Shown here in pieces: positions 39,225 to 49,539 of a DNA stretch of 64,000 nucleotides. The first letter of the stretch is position 1; each line of letters opens with the position of its first letter. A program made the translations under genes and the position numbers. The stretch comes from Candidatus Planktophila sp. (GTDB lineage: Bacteria > Actinomycetota > Actinomycetes > Nanopelagicales > Nanopelagicaceae): NCBI GenBank assembly GCA_040402315.1, contig JBBAMU010000003.1:1453-65452 (forward strand), written 5' to 3'. Under the pieces are notes generated by a model that was given only the letters and a program-made list of their open reading frames with translations, ran no database searches and was not told where the DNA came from.

Positions 39225-40836
39225 TTCGATATGAGTAACCTTGCTCGGCTAAGAAGCGTTGCCGGTTTTGAGCAAAGTCTTGATCAATAGTGTCTCGGGA
39301 AACTACTGAATAAAATATCGCGCCACGACCATCTGCCTTTGGTCGCAGAATTCGTCCTAAACGTTGTGCTTCTTCTTGGCGAGAACCAAAGGCTCCGGAA
39401 ACCTGAATAGCAATTGTTGCCTCCGGTAGATCAACAGAGAAGTTTGCAACCTTTGAGACAACAAGACATGTAATTTCACCAGTACGAAATGCTGCAAATA
39501 AGCGTTCGCGCTCTTTTTGCGGCGTCTCACCTTTAATTACCGGAACGCCAAGAGTTTCTGATAAATCATCGAGCTGATCAAGATATTGGCCGATAACAAG
39601 AATCTGCTCGTTGGCATGGTGAGCCACAATCTCTTCCACAACATTTCGCTTCGTACGAGTAGTTGCGCAATATCGGTAACGTTCTTCTGGCTCAGCAGTT
39701 GCATAAGCAAGCCGCTCGGCTTCGGTGAGATTTACTCGCACCTCAATACATTCAGCTGGCGCGATATAACCCTGGGCCTCAATCTCTTTCCAAGGAACAT
39801 CAAAGCGCTTAGGACCGATGAGCGAGAAGACTTCACCTTCCATGCCATCTTCGCGGACAAGGGTTGCAGTTAATCCCAGTCGGCGGCGAGATTGAATATC
39901 TGCAGTAAAGCGAAAGATTGGCGCGGGGAGTAGATGTACTTCGTCATAGATGATTAGTCCCCAGTCGTGGGTATCAAAGAGATCAAGGTGGGCATAGACG
40001 CCATTTTTCTTCTTTGTCATCACTTGGTATGTGGCAATTGTTACCGGGCGAATCTCTTTCTTTGACCCAGAGTATTCGCCGATCTCATCGTCATTAAGTG
40101 TTGTGCGCTTGAGTAATTCAGAACGCCACTGACGGGCGGCAATTGTGTTGGTGACAAGAATGAGAGTTGTTGCCTTCGCATGGGCCATTGCGGCAGCGCC
40201 CACAATTGTCTTTCCAGCTCCGCACGGAAGTACTACAACACCGGAACCACCATGCCAGAATCCTTCGGCGGCATGCTCTTGGTATTGGCGAATCTTCCAA
40301 CCATCTTGCTTTAGTGCAATCTCATGTGCTTGGCCATCGACATAGCCGGCAAAATCTTCGGCTGGCCAGCCAAGACGAAGAAGTGATTGCTTAATCTGAC
40401 CACGTTGGCTGGGGTGGACTGCAATTGTTTCATTATCAATTCTGATGCCAAGTAGTGGCGCAATCTTCTTGGCGCGAATTACTTCTTCCAGCACTCCAAC
40501 GTCAGTGGTGGCAAGAATAAGTCCATGCACAGGATCAGCTTCTAATCGCAGCCGACCATAGCGAGACATCGTTTCGGCAACATCGACAAGCAGTGAATGC
40601 GGAACCGCATAGCGCGAGTACTTAATCAGAGTATCGATTACCAACTCTGCGTCGTGTCCGGCTGCGCGTGCATTCCAGAGTCCAAGATTGGTTAACCGGT
40701 AGGTATGAATATGTTCCGGGGAGCGCTCTAACTCTGCAAAGGGTGCAATCGCACGTCTGCATTCGGTTGAGAGTATGTGGTCAACATCAAGAAGAAGTGT
40801 TTTATCGCTCTGAACGATTAATGGGCCATCGCTCAT
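39187..40836 (-). CDS. xpb: Bacterial XPB (ERCC3/Ssl2) DNA helicase
   Basis: PLIVQSDKTLLL N-terminus, LPCGAGKT, DEVH, GSRQEEAQRLGR. Confidence 0.95.
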   Translation of the reverse strand: MSDGPLIVQSDKTLLLDVDHILSTECRRAIAPFAELERSPEHIHTYRLTNLGLWNARAAGHDAELVIDTLIKYSRYAVPHSLLVDVAETMSRYGRLRLEADPVHGLILATTDVGVLEEVIRAKKIAPLLGIRIDNETIAVHPSQRGQIKQSLLRLGWPAEDFAGYVDGQAHEIALKQDGWKIRQYQEHAAEGFWHGGSGVVVLPCGAGKTIVGAAAMAHAKATTLILVTNTIAARQWRSELLKRTTLNDDEIGEYSGSKKEIRPVTIATYQVMTKKKNGVYAHLDLFDTHDWGLIIYDEVHLLPAPIFRFTADIQSRRRLGLTATLVREDGMEGEVFSLIGPKRFDVPWKEIEAQGYIAPAECIEVRVNLTEAERLAYATAEPEERYRYCATTRTKRNVVEEIVAHHANEQILVIGQYLDQLDDLSETLGVPVIKGETPQKERERLFAAFRTGEITCLVVSKVANFSVDLPEATIAIQVSGAFGSRQEEAQRLGRILRPKADGRGAIFYSVVSRDTIDQDFAQNRQRFLAEQGYSYRIIDADDIFQGKF

Positions 40837-41933
40837 GAGAGCAAATCCTTAATAAAAGCATGTAGGAAATCGCTGCGAGGTTGCATCGAAGAAATACTGA
40901 CCCATTCATGTGGTGCATGGGCACCGCCACCCACGGCGCCAAGTCCATCTAGCACCTGCGCACCTGCAGCAGCTGCAAAGTTTCCATCACTAGCTCCACC
41001 AACTTCGGCAGAACCTAAGGCAGGCATTCCAATTGCTGCCGCAACTTTCTCGGCTCGCTCATAGAGTGCTTTGGTCGATGCGGGCTGTAACGGCGGGCGG
41101 TTAAGTCCACCAGTAACTTCAATGCGAGCGTTGGGATTCTCTGCAACAAGAGCACGAATCTTACGATCAACTCTTTCAAGTTCTGATTGTGAAAATGAGC
41201 GGGCATCAATATCAAGTGTTGCTAAATCAGGAACGGTATTTGTAGTATTTCCGGAGCTGAGCAGGGTTGGCACAACTGTGGTTCCGTGTTCAGTATTTTC
41301 CAGAGCGGAAAGCTTAAGAATAATGTGGGCAATTTCAGTAGTTGAGTTCACTCCCTTTTCTGGTTCGAGGCCAGCATGAGATGCCAGGCCATGAACTGCA
41401 ATCTGATACATCGCAGTACCTTTCCGACCTGTCTTCACTTTCCCGTCCAATGACGCTTCCAGGACCAAAACTGCTTTCGCTCTTGATGAGACTTCTTTAA
41501 TCAAAGCTTTAGAACAATGGCTTCCGGTTTCTTCATCGGTAGTTGCAATGAGCGCAACAGATCCTTCAATTCCCTTAAGGGCATAGAGTGCTTGAATAAA
41601 TCCGGCCTTCATATCAAATGTGCCAGGCCCGCGTAGTACATCGCCCTTTACTTCCCAGATAGGTCGATAGGAACCAATCGGCCAGACGGTGTCGAGGTGA
41701 GCAAGAATGACTACATCAGGTGATTCAGCGCCCCACCAAAAAACAGGGTGACCTTCAATTTCTTTTATCTGTGCCGGAACACCGAGTACGCGCGTGGCAA
41801 TATCACTGGCAAGTGTGACAACCGAGCGGCAAGCGCCAAGATCATCGCTGGGTGATTCACAGCGAACGAGCGCTTCTAGGGCGGCCAACATAGGCAGAAG
41901 TCTGCCGTATTGGGCCACCTTCTCGCTTGTCAT
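40833..41933 (-). CDS. M20 family metallopeptidase (glutamate carboxypeptidase-like)
   Basis: HLDTVW, GPGTFDMKAG, DEETGS, HAG..PEKG, GGASDGN, GAH...E. Confidence 0.9.
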   Translation of the reverse strand: MTSEKVAQYGRLLPMLAALEALVRCESPSDDLGACRSVVTLASDIATRVLGVPAQIKEIEGHPVFWWGAESPDVVILAHLDTVWPIGSYRPIWEVKGDVLRGPGTFDMKAGFIQALYALKGIEGSVALIATTDEETGSHCSKALIKEVSSRAKAVLVLEASLDGKVKTGRKGTAMYQIAVHGLASHAGLEPEKGVNSTTEIAHIILKLSALENTEHGTTVVPTLLSSGNTTNTVPDLATLDIDARSFSQSELERVDRKIRALVAENPNARIEVTGGLNRPPLQPASTKALYERAEKVAAAIGMPALGSAEVGGASDGNFAAAAGAQVLDGLGAVGGGAHAPHEWVSISSMQPRSDFLHAFIKDLLS

Positions 41934-44131
41934 AGCGCAGCCACCCCCGTGATTCGAGCGATTCTAAAGGTCTGCACTTCACCAGTAGCGTGATCTCGCG
42001 CGACAAGTGAGCCGGCGCTGAGTTTGAGCGGGTCAATAATGCGGTGAGAAACGAGCCCATTGTTATCGGCATAGCCAATAGAGAGAGATGTTGAAGGTTG
42101 ATTCTGCAAGTAATCACTTAAGAGTTCGAGGGTTTCATTTGCAGTTGTGCGAGGAAGTGAACCTAACGCCTCAGTTGCAATGTTGCGCATGGTGCTCTGC
42201 TTACGACTTGATTTCTCGCCAGCGCGAAGCGCTCGCAGCGCACCCGCAATATGAATTTCATCGGGGCGATCAATTTCACCGATAATCCTCGGTGGCCGCG
42301 CCTTACTTTGCGCTCGTTGAATTCGCGGGCCGCTGAGCAGTAACCCTCGAGAATCTTCTGCGGCAGGCAGATAGCCGCAACTTCGCAACACATTGATTGC
42401 CTCGGCGGCATCATGGCCACAGATAATTACTTCAGGTGCAATCTTGCGCAGACCCAAGATCTCAAGTCGCTTATCTCCCATTATTTGTGTGATGAGAGCT
42501 GAATCTTCACAACGAATAAAGGAAGCGGTATTTCCCACACGCAATTTTCCATGTTTCTTGGCAACATCGGCGATTAAGTACGCAAGTGGTTGCGGCATGG
42601 GAGTCTTAGAAGTTTTGGTCAGAAATTTAGTTATCTCTTCGCCAGTGCGTCCGTGGTCGAGTCCTCTGCGAATCGAGCCCTCTGAGAATCGATAGACGGT
42701 GGCGCCTCCTCTTGATTCCACATCTGCAATTAGCGCTAACTCTTGCGCTACTTCATGTTCTAGCGGACCCGGAGCGATGGCGGTGTTATCACTTTGGATA
42801 AGTATGTGATCGACAGGTTTTGGTAGGTCGGTATTGATTGACTCATTGTCGCCGCCGGCTAAGAAGTCAGCGCCGTATGCACAGATCACTCCTTGGCCCG
42901 TTATTCCCAGCCATTCGGCCTCGCGCAGAGTCCATGTCACATAATCGAGTTGTAGCCCACCTGAACGTTTACTTGGGGCAAGCCATTGTGCAGATTGATG
43001 CAGCGAATCTAAATCCGGGGCAATGGCAGAATTTTCATTGAGTAGTTGCAGAACTAATCGTCTGGTAGCCGCAGCCATTGAACGATCTAGCTCTGGGCCC
43101 AAAGGTGCAACATTCTTCTGTCCTTCTTTGCCAACAAGTCCTGACATTCGCGATGAGATATACCAAGCAGATGTCAGTGATTGCCAACGCACAGAAACAC
43201 TCTGGGTAAGCCAAATATCAAATTGGTGAGTAGGCAATATTTTGTCATCCGGATCAATCGTGAGCAGCCCTGCTAGATATGAAACTTCTGCAACAAAAGC
43301 GGCACACGTTTCATCGACACCTAAATGAGCCGATAGCTCTTTAAGTTCTCGCACACCTAAGCCACCAGAACGGAGTGCTGTGGCAGGCTCTTGCGCCCAA
43401 AAATTCAATACCTCTTCAGTCCAGCGAAGGAAGGTAGCGATATTTGCGATCGCAGCTAGTTGCACATTACGAGTATCACGCACAGCGCCCGTGACTGAGG
43501 GCTGAGTATTTTCAAGTTGGCGATGAACTTTATTTCCGCGTAAATACATTGCTACTTCGCGCGGCATTACAACCGTTTGTTGATTAAATGCAATGAGGAG
43601 TTTTTCATCTAGTAACCACTGAACTCCAGCAGCAGGCTTCTTGACATCAGTTACAGCGCCGCGCGGTGGTCCCCAGAACATGGCATCCAGAACTTTTTTA
43701 GCCGCAGCAGGTGCATCTTCTAACTTCTTTAACTTCAAAGTACCAAGGGATGCGGGGCCGAGGCCAGCAATTTCATTTCCGAGCACTTCCCTCAGCGTTG
43801 ATGGCACCCGAAGGCCATCTTTATCCTGATAGATCAGAGCCCGTTCAATCAGCCCAGGCAGAACAAAAAGTGCAGATTTATCTGTTACGGAAGCTATCTC
43901 CTTTTCCGTAAAAGGTTCATTCATCACTGCGCACGCTTCAAGTACTTGCAGCTGCCATTTATTAAGGGCATCTACTGCGCGAGCAAGGCTGGGCGCAGAT
44001 GAAGCACGCACTGCCAGGCTTGCGATATCTGGTGGAACCGGAGTGATTAAGTCAGGGCGATAGGAAAATATGGAGATGAGCGCGGCATCATCGAGTGCGC
44101 GCAGATAATCGGCATAAGAGCGAATTTCCAT
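41930..44131 (-). CDS. XPB-associated protein (helicase-associated domain, C-terminal WYL-like domain)
   Basis: LIQSDNTAIAPGPL..VES.G.ATVYRF..SIRR.LD.G domain; C-terminal Y.D..G..S.R.I.P...TFRIARI. Confidence 0.85.
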   Translation of the reverse strand: MEIRSYADYLRALDDAALISIFSYRPDLITPVPPDIASLAVRASSAPSLARAVDALNKWQLQVLEACAVMNEPFTEKEIASVTDKSALFVLPGLIERALIYQDKDGLRVPSTLREVLGNEIAGLGPASLGTLKLKKLEDAPAAAKKVLDAMFWGPPRGAVTDVKKPAAGVQWLLDEKLLIAFNQQTVVMPREVAMYLRGNKVHRQLENTQPSVTGAVRDTRNVQLAAIANIATFLRWTEEVLNFWAQEPATALRSGGLGVRELKELSAHLGVDETCAAFVAEVSYLAGLLTIDPDDKILPTHQFDIWLTQSVSVRWQSLTSAWYISSRMSGLVGKEGQKNVAPLGPELDRSMAAATRRLVLQLLNENSAIAPDLDSLHQSAQWLAPSKRSGGLQLDYVTWTLREAEWLGITGQGVICAYGADFLAGGDNESINTDLPKPVDHILIQSDNTAIAPGPLEHEVAQELALIADVESRGGATVYRFSEGSIRRGLDHGRTGEEITKFLTKTSKTPMPQPLAYLIADVAKKHGKLRVGNTASFIRCEDSALITQIMGDKRLEILGLRKIAPEVIICGHDAAEAINVLRSCGYLPAAEDSRGLLLSGPRIQRAQSKARPPRIIGEIDRPDEIHIAGALRALRAGEKSSRKQSTMRNIATEALGSLPRTTANETLELLSDYLQNQPSTSLSIGYADNNGLVSHRIIDPLKLSAGSLVARDHATGEVQTFRIARITGVAAL

Positions 44132-44176
44132 AACCTGCCAACGATAGCCGTAAGTGAGGTTTATGTGCCAATCGGG

Positions 44177-44938
44177 TTAGCGTTTGCGAGGAGAGAGCAG
44201 GGTTGCCAGGGCAGCGATTCTACTGACCGCCGGCCCAAGTAAACGGTTGACAAATCGAGCTCTACGAAAATCGTGAATTGGCCATCCTTCAGCAAGTGCG
44301 CGAATTCGAAGAATCGCATCAGGATTAATTGCACATGGGTGGCCCACCGCTTGCAACAAGGGAATGTCGTTGTGGCTATCTGAATATGAGTAACAATCTT
44401 CCAGGATAAATCCATGTTCCTCTGAAAGTCTTTGTATTGCTTTTGCTTTCTCTATTCCGTGCAGAAGTTTTCCTTCTAATTCACCGGTATACACACCATT
44501 TTTAATGCTTGCCTTACTACCGAGAGCTCCCGTTAATCCTAGACGTTGGGCAATGATGTCGGCCATATCTTGAGGCGCCGCAGTTACCAACCAAACTTCT
44601 TCACCGCGATCTAGATGAGATTTTGCAATCTCAAATGTTCCTTGCCATAATTTTGGTGAGACGAATTCATCATAAATCTCTTCCCCGACTTTTTTAATCT
44701 CCTCAACTTTATGGCCACCGATGAAATCAGTTGCCGCATTTTGAAACTTTTCAATTACTTCCTTCTTTTCCGTACCCGTCATGCGAAAACGTAGGTTGGC
44801 GACCACGAATCGAGAGATATCGGCCTTTGTGAAGAAGCCGCGCTGGTACATGCCTCTTCCGAGAAAGTAGAGCGTCGACCCTCGCACGAGGGTGTTATCT
44901 ACATCGAAAAAGGCCGCTCGATTTGCCATGAGTGCCAT
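44177..44938 (-). CDS. HAD-IB family hydrolase (SerB1-like)
   Basis: AAFFDVDNTL, YSDSHND.PLL, INPD. Confidence 0.9.
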   Translation of the reverse strand: MALMANRAAFFDVDNTLVRGSTLYFLGRGMYQRGFFTKADISRFVVANLRFRMTGTEKKEVIEKFQNAATDFIGGHKVEEIKKVGEEIYDEFVSPKLWQGTFEIAKSHLDRGEEVWLVTAAPQDMADIIAQRLGLTGALGSKASIKNGVYTGELEGKLLHGIEKAKAIQRLSEEHGFILEDCYSYSDSHNDIPLLQAVGHPCAINPDAILRIRALAEGWPIHDFRRARFVNRLLGPAVSRIAALATLLSPRKR

Positions 44939-44989
44939 GTCACTACCCTAGCGATACGCGGTAGAAATAGACGCTTTATGATTAGGGGT

Positions 44990-45610
44990 ATGAGTTCGAT
45001 TGTTCACGTAATCCGTCATGGTGAAGTCGAGAATCCTGAAAAAATTCTCTACGGCCGCCAACCTGGATGGAGACTGTCACAACGCGGACAAGAGATGGCA
45101 CAGGTTATTGCCGATTGGTCGAAGTCGATTGATCTCGGTGCGCTACATGCATCGCCGCTACAACGTGCACAAGAGACTGCGGCTCCAATTGCTCGGGCAC
45201 ACTCACTGGATATCACCACAGATGAAAAATTAATCGAGGCAGCCAACATATTTGAAGGTCAGAAGTTTGAACTTGGTAGCGGGGTTCTTAGACACCCATC
45301 ATCATGGAAACATCTGGTTAATCCCTGGAAACCATCATGGGGTGAACCTTATGAAGAGCAAATTTCACGGATGCTAGCTGCTGTTTTCCAAGCACGAGAT
45401 GCGGCGCAAGGTAAAGATGCAATGGTTGTTTCACATCAACTACCGATATGGATTCTAAGAAGCGCCATCGAAGGTCGAAAACTGATTCACGATCCACGCA
45501 AGCGCCAGTGCACATTGGCTTCGGTTACCAGTATTCACTTTGATGACGAAGCAATGATCTCTGGAACGTCCTACTCTGAACCAGCAAAGCATCTGTTGCC
45601 GCGGAAGTAA
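44990..45610 (+). CDS. Histidine phosphatase family protein (Rv0525-like)
   Basis: RHGE, SPLQRAQETA, VSHQLPIW; first gene of the ccs cluster. Confidence 0.9.
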   Translation: MSSIVHVIRHGEVENPEKILYGRQPGWRLSQRGQEMAQVIADWSKSIDLGALHASPLQRAQETAAPIARAHSLDITTDEKLIEAANIFEGQKFELGSGVLRHPSSWKHLVNPWKPSWGEPYEEQISRMLAAVFQARDAAQGKDAMVVSHQLPIWILRSAIEGRKLIHDPRKRQCTLASVTSIHFDDEAMISGTSYSEPAKHLLPRK

Positions 45611-45613
45611 AAT

Positions 45614-46150
45614 ATGAAAAAATTGATTCCGATAATTATTGCACTCTTGGCGCTAGTGGGATGCAGCAATGGTGGTGCATCGAAGGCAGAAGAGAGCTAC
45701 ATCTCTGGTGATGGGGCAGTTACATTTATCAACTCCAGTGATCGCATTCCTGCTCCTGCAATTTCCGGAAAGACCTTACTTGGAACCAACTACACATACT
45801 CAGTAGGCAAAGTTGCCGTTGTTAACGTGTGGGCCTCTTGGTGCTCACCATGTAGAGCTGAAGAACCAGCACTCTCTGAGCTAGCGTTGATGTATCCAGA
45901 GATTGCATTCATTGGAATCTTAACGCGTGATAATCCAGTAAATGCGGAAGCATTTGTGCGAAAGCGCAACGTTCCATATCCAACTTTGATTGATGATGCG
46001 GTACTCATTGGATTCCGGGATTCGCTACCCGCTAATGCAATCCCCTCAACAGTTGTCATTGATAAGCAGGGAAATGTTGCTGCCCGCATCTCAGGTGCTG
46101 TCACAGTCTCATCCTTGCGGGATTTGATCGAGAAGGTGTTGGCAGAATGA
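45614..46150 (+). CDS. resA: TlpA/ResA thiol-disulfide oxidoreductase lipoprotein
   Basis: Lipobox LVGC; WASWCSPC. Confidence 0.88.
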   Translation: MKKLIPIIIALLALVGCSNGGASKAEESYISGDGAVTFINSSDRIPAPAISGKTLLGTNYTYSVGKVAVVNVWASWCSPCRAEEPALSELALMYPEIAFIGILTRDNPVNAEAFVRKRNVPYPTLIDDAVLIGFRDSLPANAIPSTVVIDKQGNVAARISGAVTVSSLRDLIEKVLAE

Positions 46151-46872
46151 CAGATTTCATTGTTGACCAGATTATGAGCGGTTTTTTGCTGACAGCCCTG
46201 CCACTAGCAATAGTGGCAGGTGTGGTCTCATTCTTATCTCCGTGCGTTCTACCGCTTGTTCCTGGCTACCTTGCCTTCGCTGCCGGTTTCTCGAAATCTC
46301 GTGGAAAAGTATTTCTCGGCTCACTCCTATTCGTAGCTGGGTTTAGCGCGCTCTTCATCTCATACGGTCTTCTCTTTGGTGCAATTGGTTCTCGCGTTGC
46401 AACTAATGAAGAGCTGATTACCCAGGTGCTTGGCATATTTACCATTCTGATGGGGCTCATTTTTCTTGGTTTGTTTCCTATGATGCCAACAGTAAAGCCA
46501 AAGATTTCAACTACCGGTGGTCTTGTTGGCGCACCATTGTTGGGATTCCTCTTCGGTGTTGGTTGGACGCCATGCATCGGTCCAGCCTTAGCGACAGTGC
46601 AGACCTTAGCTTTTCAAGAATCAAGTGCGATGCGTGGAGCAATTCTTTCCCTTGGATATTGCATTGGTCTGGGAATTCCATTTATCGCCACCGGCCTCTA
46701 TCTAGATAAATCAGAATCTTTCCGTAAGTTCTTGATGAGAAGAGGTGACTTGATTACAAAGTTTGGTGGCTCTCTTCTTATTGTGATTGGCGTTCTGCAA
46801 CTTCTGGGATTCTGGTCAGATCTCATGATTTCACTACGTTCACTGATCGCAGATTTTAGTCCGGTGATCTAA
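46147..46872 (+). CDS. ccdA: Cytochrome c biogenesis protein CcdA
   Basis: SFLSPCVLPLVPGY, GWTPCIGP. Confidence 0.94.
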   Translation: MTDFIVDQIMSGFLLTALPLAIVAGVVSFLSPCVLPLVPGYLAFAAGFSKSRGKVFLGSLLFVAGFSALFISYGLLFGAIGSRVATNEELITQVLGIFTILMGLIFLGLFPMMPTVKPKISTTGGLVGAPLLGFLFGVGWTPCIGPALATVQTLAFQESSAMRGAILSLGYCIGLGIPFIATGLYLDKSESFRKFLMRRGDLITKFGGSLLIVIGVLQLLGFWSDLMISLRSLIADFSPVI

Positions 46873-48338
46873 TGACAGAACAGCGAGAATTACCAGAGTT
46901 AGGCTTTGTGGCTCTATCTAGATACGCATGGCGACAGCTGACAAGCATGCGCACCGCGCTAATTCTGCTCATGCTGATGGGAGTAGCGGCAATACCTGGC
47001 TCATTAATTCCACAAAGACCAATAAACCCAATGGCTGTCCGTGATTTCTTTAGTAGCAATCCCGAGCTCGCGCGTTGGTATGACCGAGCATCACTTTTTG
47101 AGGTCTATGCCTCGCCATGGTTTAGCGCAATTTACATACTTCTTTTTATCTCACTAATTGGTTGCGTACTTCCACGTACCGTTGAACATTACGAAGCGAT
47201 GCTGGCTCAGCCACCTGCCACACCTAAGAATTTAACTCGACTTTCGCATTATCAGGAATTTGATTCGCCGCCGCTAGCACTTGAGCGAGCAGGTATCTGG
47301 TTTAGAAAAAACCGATTTAGAGTGCGAGTTGAAGGTAATTCGATCTCGGCTGAAAAAGGTTATTTGCGAGAAACTGGAAATCTTCTTTTTCATCTATCTC
47401 TGATCTTAGTTCTAGTAGGAGTCAGCTTCGGCTCCCTCTTCGGTATGAATGGTTATGCCATTGTGAACGTGGGAGAACGATTTATCAATGTTCCAACAAC
47501 GTATGACTCTCTCTCATTTGGAAAACTTAAAAGCGACAATTCTTTGCAACCTTTTCAAATTAATGTTGATAAATTTGATGCCAAATATGATCCAAGGACA
47601 AGCGCCCCGCTTGATTACACCGCGTGGGTGACAGTTGTATATGAGGGTAAGACCAGTAAGAAAGTTGTAAAAGTTAATAAGCCACTTACCTTCGGCAGCA
47701 CACGCGTCTACCTGCAAGCCAATGGATATAGCCCTGTTGTTACGGTGCGTGATAACAGTAAGAACGTTGTGCTCCAAGGCCCCGTTCCGCTCCTTCCGCA
47801 AGATGGGAATCTGCGATCTATTGGTGCCATCAAAGTTCCGGACGCCGATCCAGCTGTTGGCTTTGTAGTTTCCTTTGTTCCCACCAACGCTCGAACAACT
47901 TCGCAGGGCGCAATATCTATATATCCAGAATTGCTTGATCCCAAGCTTCTATTCTCTATCTGGCAGGGAGATCTTGGATTGGACTCGGGCGTACCTACAT
48001 CGGTCTACAAGATTGATACCGAAAAATTGACCCAGATTGGACTGGGCTCAGTAAAGCCAGGTGACACATTTAACTATGCCAGTGGCTCCATCACACTAGA
48101 AACAGTCATTCCATGGGTCAATCTGCAGGTAGTGCAAGATCCTGGAAAGAGTTATGCCCTCATCGGCGGTATTCTTGCCATCGCAGGATTGCTTACTTCA
48201 CTTTACGGTCGTCGTCGCAGGATCTGGATTCGCGTGACAGAAAGTGGAGTTGAAGTTTCAGGACTCGCAAAAAATAGTGCGCCTGGTTTGGAAGTAGAAG
48301 TAAATAAATTTGTTTCATATGTAAAGGAAGGGAAATAA
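46872..48338 (+). CDS. resB: Cytochrome c biogenesis protein ResB/Ccs1
   Basis: LTSMRTAL.LL, GSLIPQ, SLIGC..PR, GNLLFHLS. Confidence 0.93.
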   Translation: MTEQRELPELGFVALSRYAWRQLTSMRTALILLMLMGVAAIPGSLIPQRPINPMAVRDFFSSNPELARWYDRASLFEVYASPWFSAIYILLFISLIGCVLPRTVEHYEAMLAQPPATPKNLTRLSHYQEFDSPPLALERAGIWFRKNRFRVRVEGNSISAEKGYLRETGNLLFHLSLILVLVGVSFGSLFGMNGYAIVNVGERFINVPTTYDSLSFGKLKSDNSLQPFQINVDKFDAKYDPRTSAPLDYTAWVTVVYEGKTSKKVVKVNKPLTFGSTRVYLQANGYSPVVTVRDNSKNVVLQGPVPLLPQDGNLRSIGAIKVPDADPAVGFVVSFVPTNARTTSQGAISIYPELLDPKLLFSIWQGDLGLDSGVPTSVYKIDTEKLTQIGLGSVKPGDTFNYASGSITLETVIPWVNLQVVQDPGKSYALIGGILAIAGLLTSLYGRRRRIWIRVTESGVEVSGLAKNSAPGLEVEVNKFVSYVKEGK

Positions 48339-49252
48339 TGCAGACTACGTGGGCCTACATCTCTAACTACTGCGTGTACTCAGCTATGGCTGTCTTTGCC
48401 CTCTCATTTATTGCTCACGCCTTTGAAACTGCCTTTGCTGTGCGCACACCGGAGAGCTCAGATTCAACACAGGGAAATCTGCTCGTAAAGACTTTGGATT
48501 ACAAGCGCACTGAAAAAATAGCACGCATTGCCACCGCGCTAATGATTTTGGCATTCCTACTCCTGTTCGCAGGAGTGGTTGCACGTGGAATTTCGGCTGA
48601 GCATGTTCCTTGGGGAAATATGTATGAGTTCTCAATCACCGGAGCACTCGCATTTACTGGTGCCTATTTGGCTGCGCTTCGAAAGTATGACCTTCGCTGG
48701 CTTGGGCTTTTCATATCAATTTCAGCGCTGCTGACGCTTGGTACCGCAATCACATTGCTCTACCGCGATAGCTCACCACTTGTTCCTGCGTTGAAGTCAC
48801 CATGGCTTGTTATCCATGTAGTTACCGCAATTATCTCTGGTGGGGTCTTCCTACTTGCAAATGTTGTTGCGGGTGCTTATCTCTATCTTGAAAGAGTTGA
48901 AGAGAGAGGCGCGCGTCCTGCTTGGTTGCAACGAGTACCGAGCCTTGAAGTTCTGGATCAACTTTCCTATCGCCTGGTTGCATTTGTATTTCCACTCTGG
49001 ACTTTTTCAGTGATCGCCGGAGCAATCTGGGCAGAAGCTGCTTGGGGTCGTTATTGGGGATGGGATCCAAAAGAGACCTGGGCCTTTATTACTTGGGTTG
49101 CATATGCCGCTTACCTACATGCACGTGTAACTGTTGGCTGGCGCGGACGCCGAGCGGCATGGCTCTGTATTTTTGCTGGATCTACATTCTTATTTAATTA
49201 CGTATATGTAAATGTGTGGGGAACCGGAAAGCACACCTACTCTGGGCTGTAG
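48338..49252 (+). CDS. ccsB: Cytochrome c synthase CcsA/ResC (system II)
   Basis: WWD motif WAEAAWGRYWGWDPKETW; PWGNMYE; terminal H.Y. Confidence 0.94.
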   Translation: MQTTWAYISNYCVYSAMAVFALSFIAHAFETAFAVRTPESSDSTQGNLLVKTLDYKRTEKIARIATALMILAFLLLFAGVVARGISAEHVPWGNMYEFSITGALAFTGAYLAALRKYDLRWLGLFISISALLTLGTAITLLYRDSSPLVPALKSPWLVIHVVTAIISGGVFLLANVVAGAYLYLERVEERGARPAWLQRVPSLEVLDQLSYRLVAFVFPLWTFSVIAGAIWAEAAWGRYWGWDPKETWAFITWVAYAAYLHARVTVGWRGRRAAWLCIFAGSTFLFNYVYVNVWGTGKHTYSGL

Positions 49253-49258
49253 AAGTCT

Positions 49259-49522
49259 CTATATTCTGCGCAAGAAATCTGGGTCATCATCAGGAGGCAA
49301 GATTTTCTTCTGCGGCTTTCGCTTAGGCAGATTCTTCAATGGATTTCTACCAATAACCAAATATGCAATAGGACCAAAAATTCCAGTCAAGAGAATAATG
49401 ATTAGCCAGCCCCACTTAGGCAACTTCTGAATTTGCGTTTCATCCCGACGAGCACAATCAATAAAGGTGTAGAGAGTCAGTGCCACCGATAAAATCAGTA
49501 GTAAACCTGTCAATTTAATCAT
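49259..49522 (-). CDS. Small membrane protein with PLDc N-terminal domain
   Basis: DC......LPK..W.II.L...GPIAYL..GR and PDDDPDFL pattern. Confidence 0.8.
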   Translation of the reverse strand: MIKLTGLLLILSVALTLYTFIDCARRDETQIQKLPKWGWLIIILLTGIFGPIAYLVIGRNPLKNLPKRKPQKKILPPDDDPDFLRRI

Positions 49523-49539
49523 GCTCCAATTGTAATCAT

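Noticed and set aside
44990-45610. Histidine phosphatase as CobC
   Set aside because: Same fold as CobC, but sequence and position match the conserved gene heading the cytochrome c maturation operon; moonlighting is not excluded
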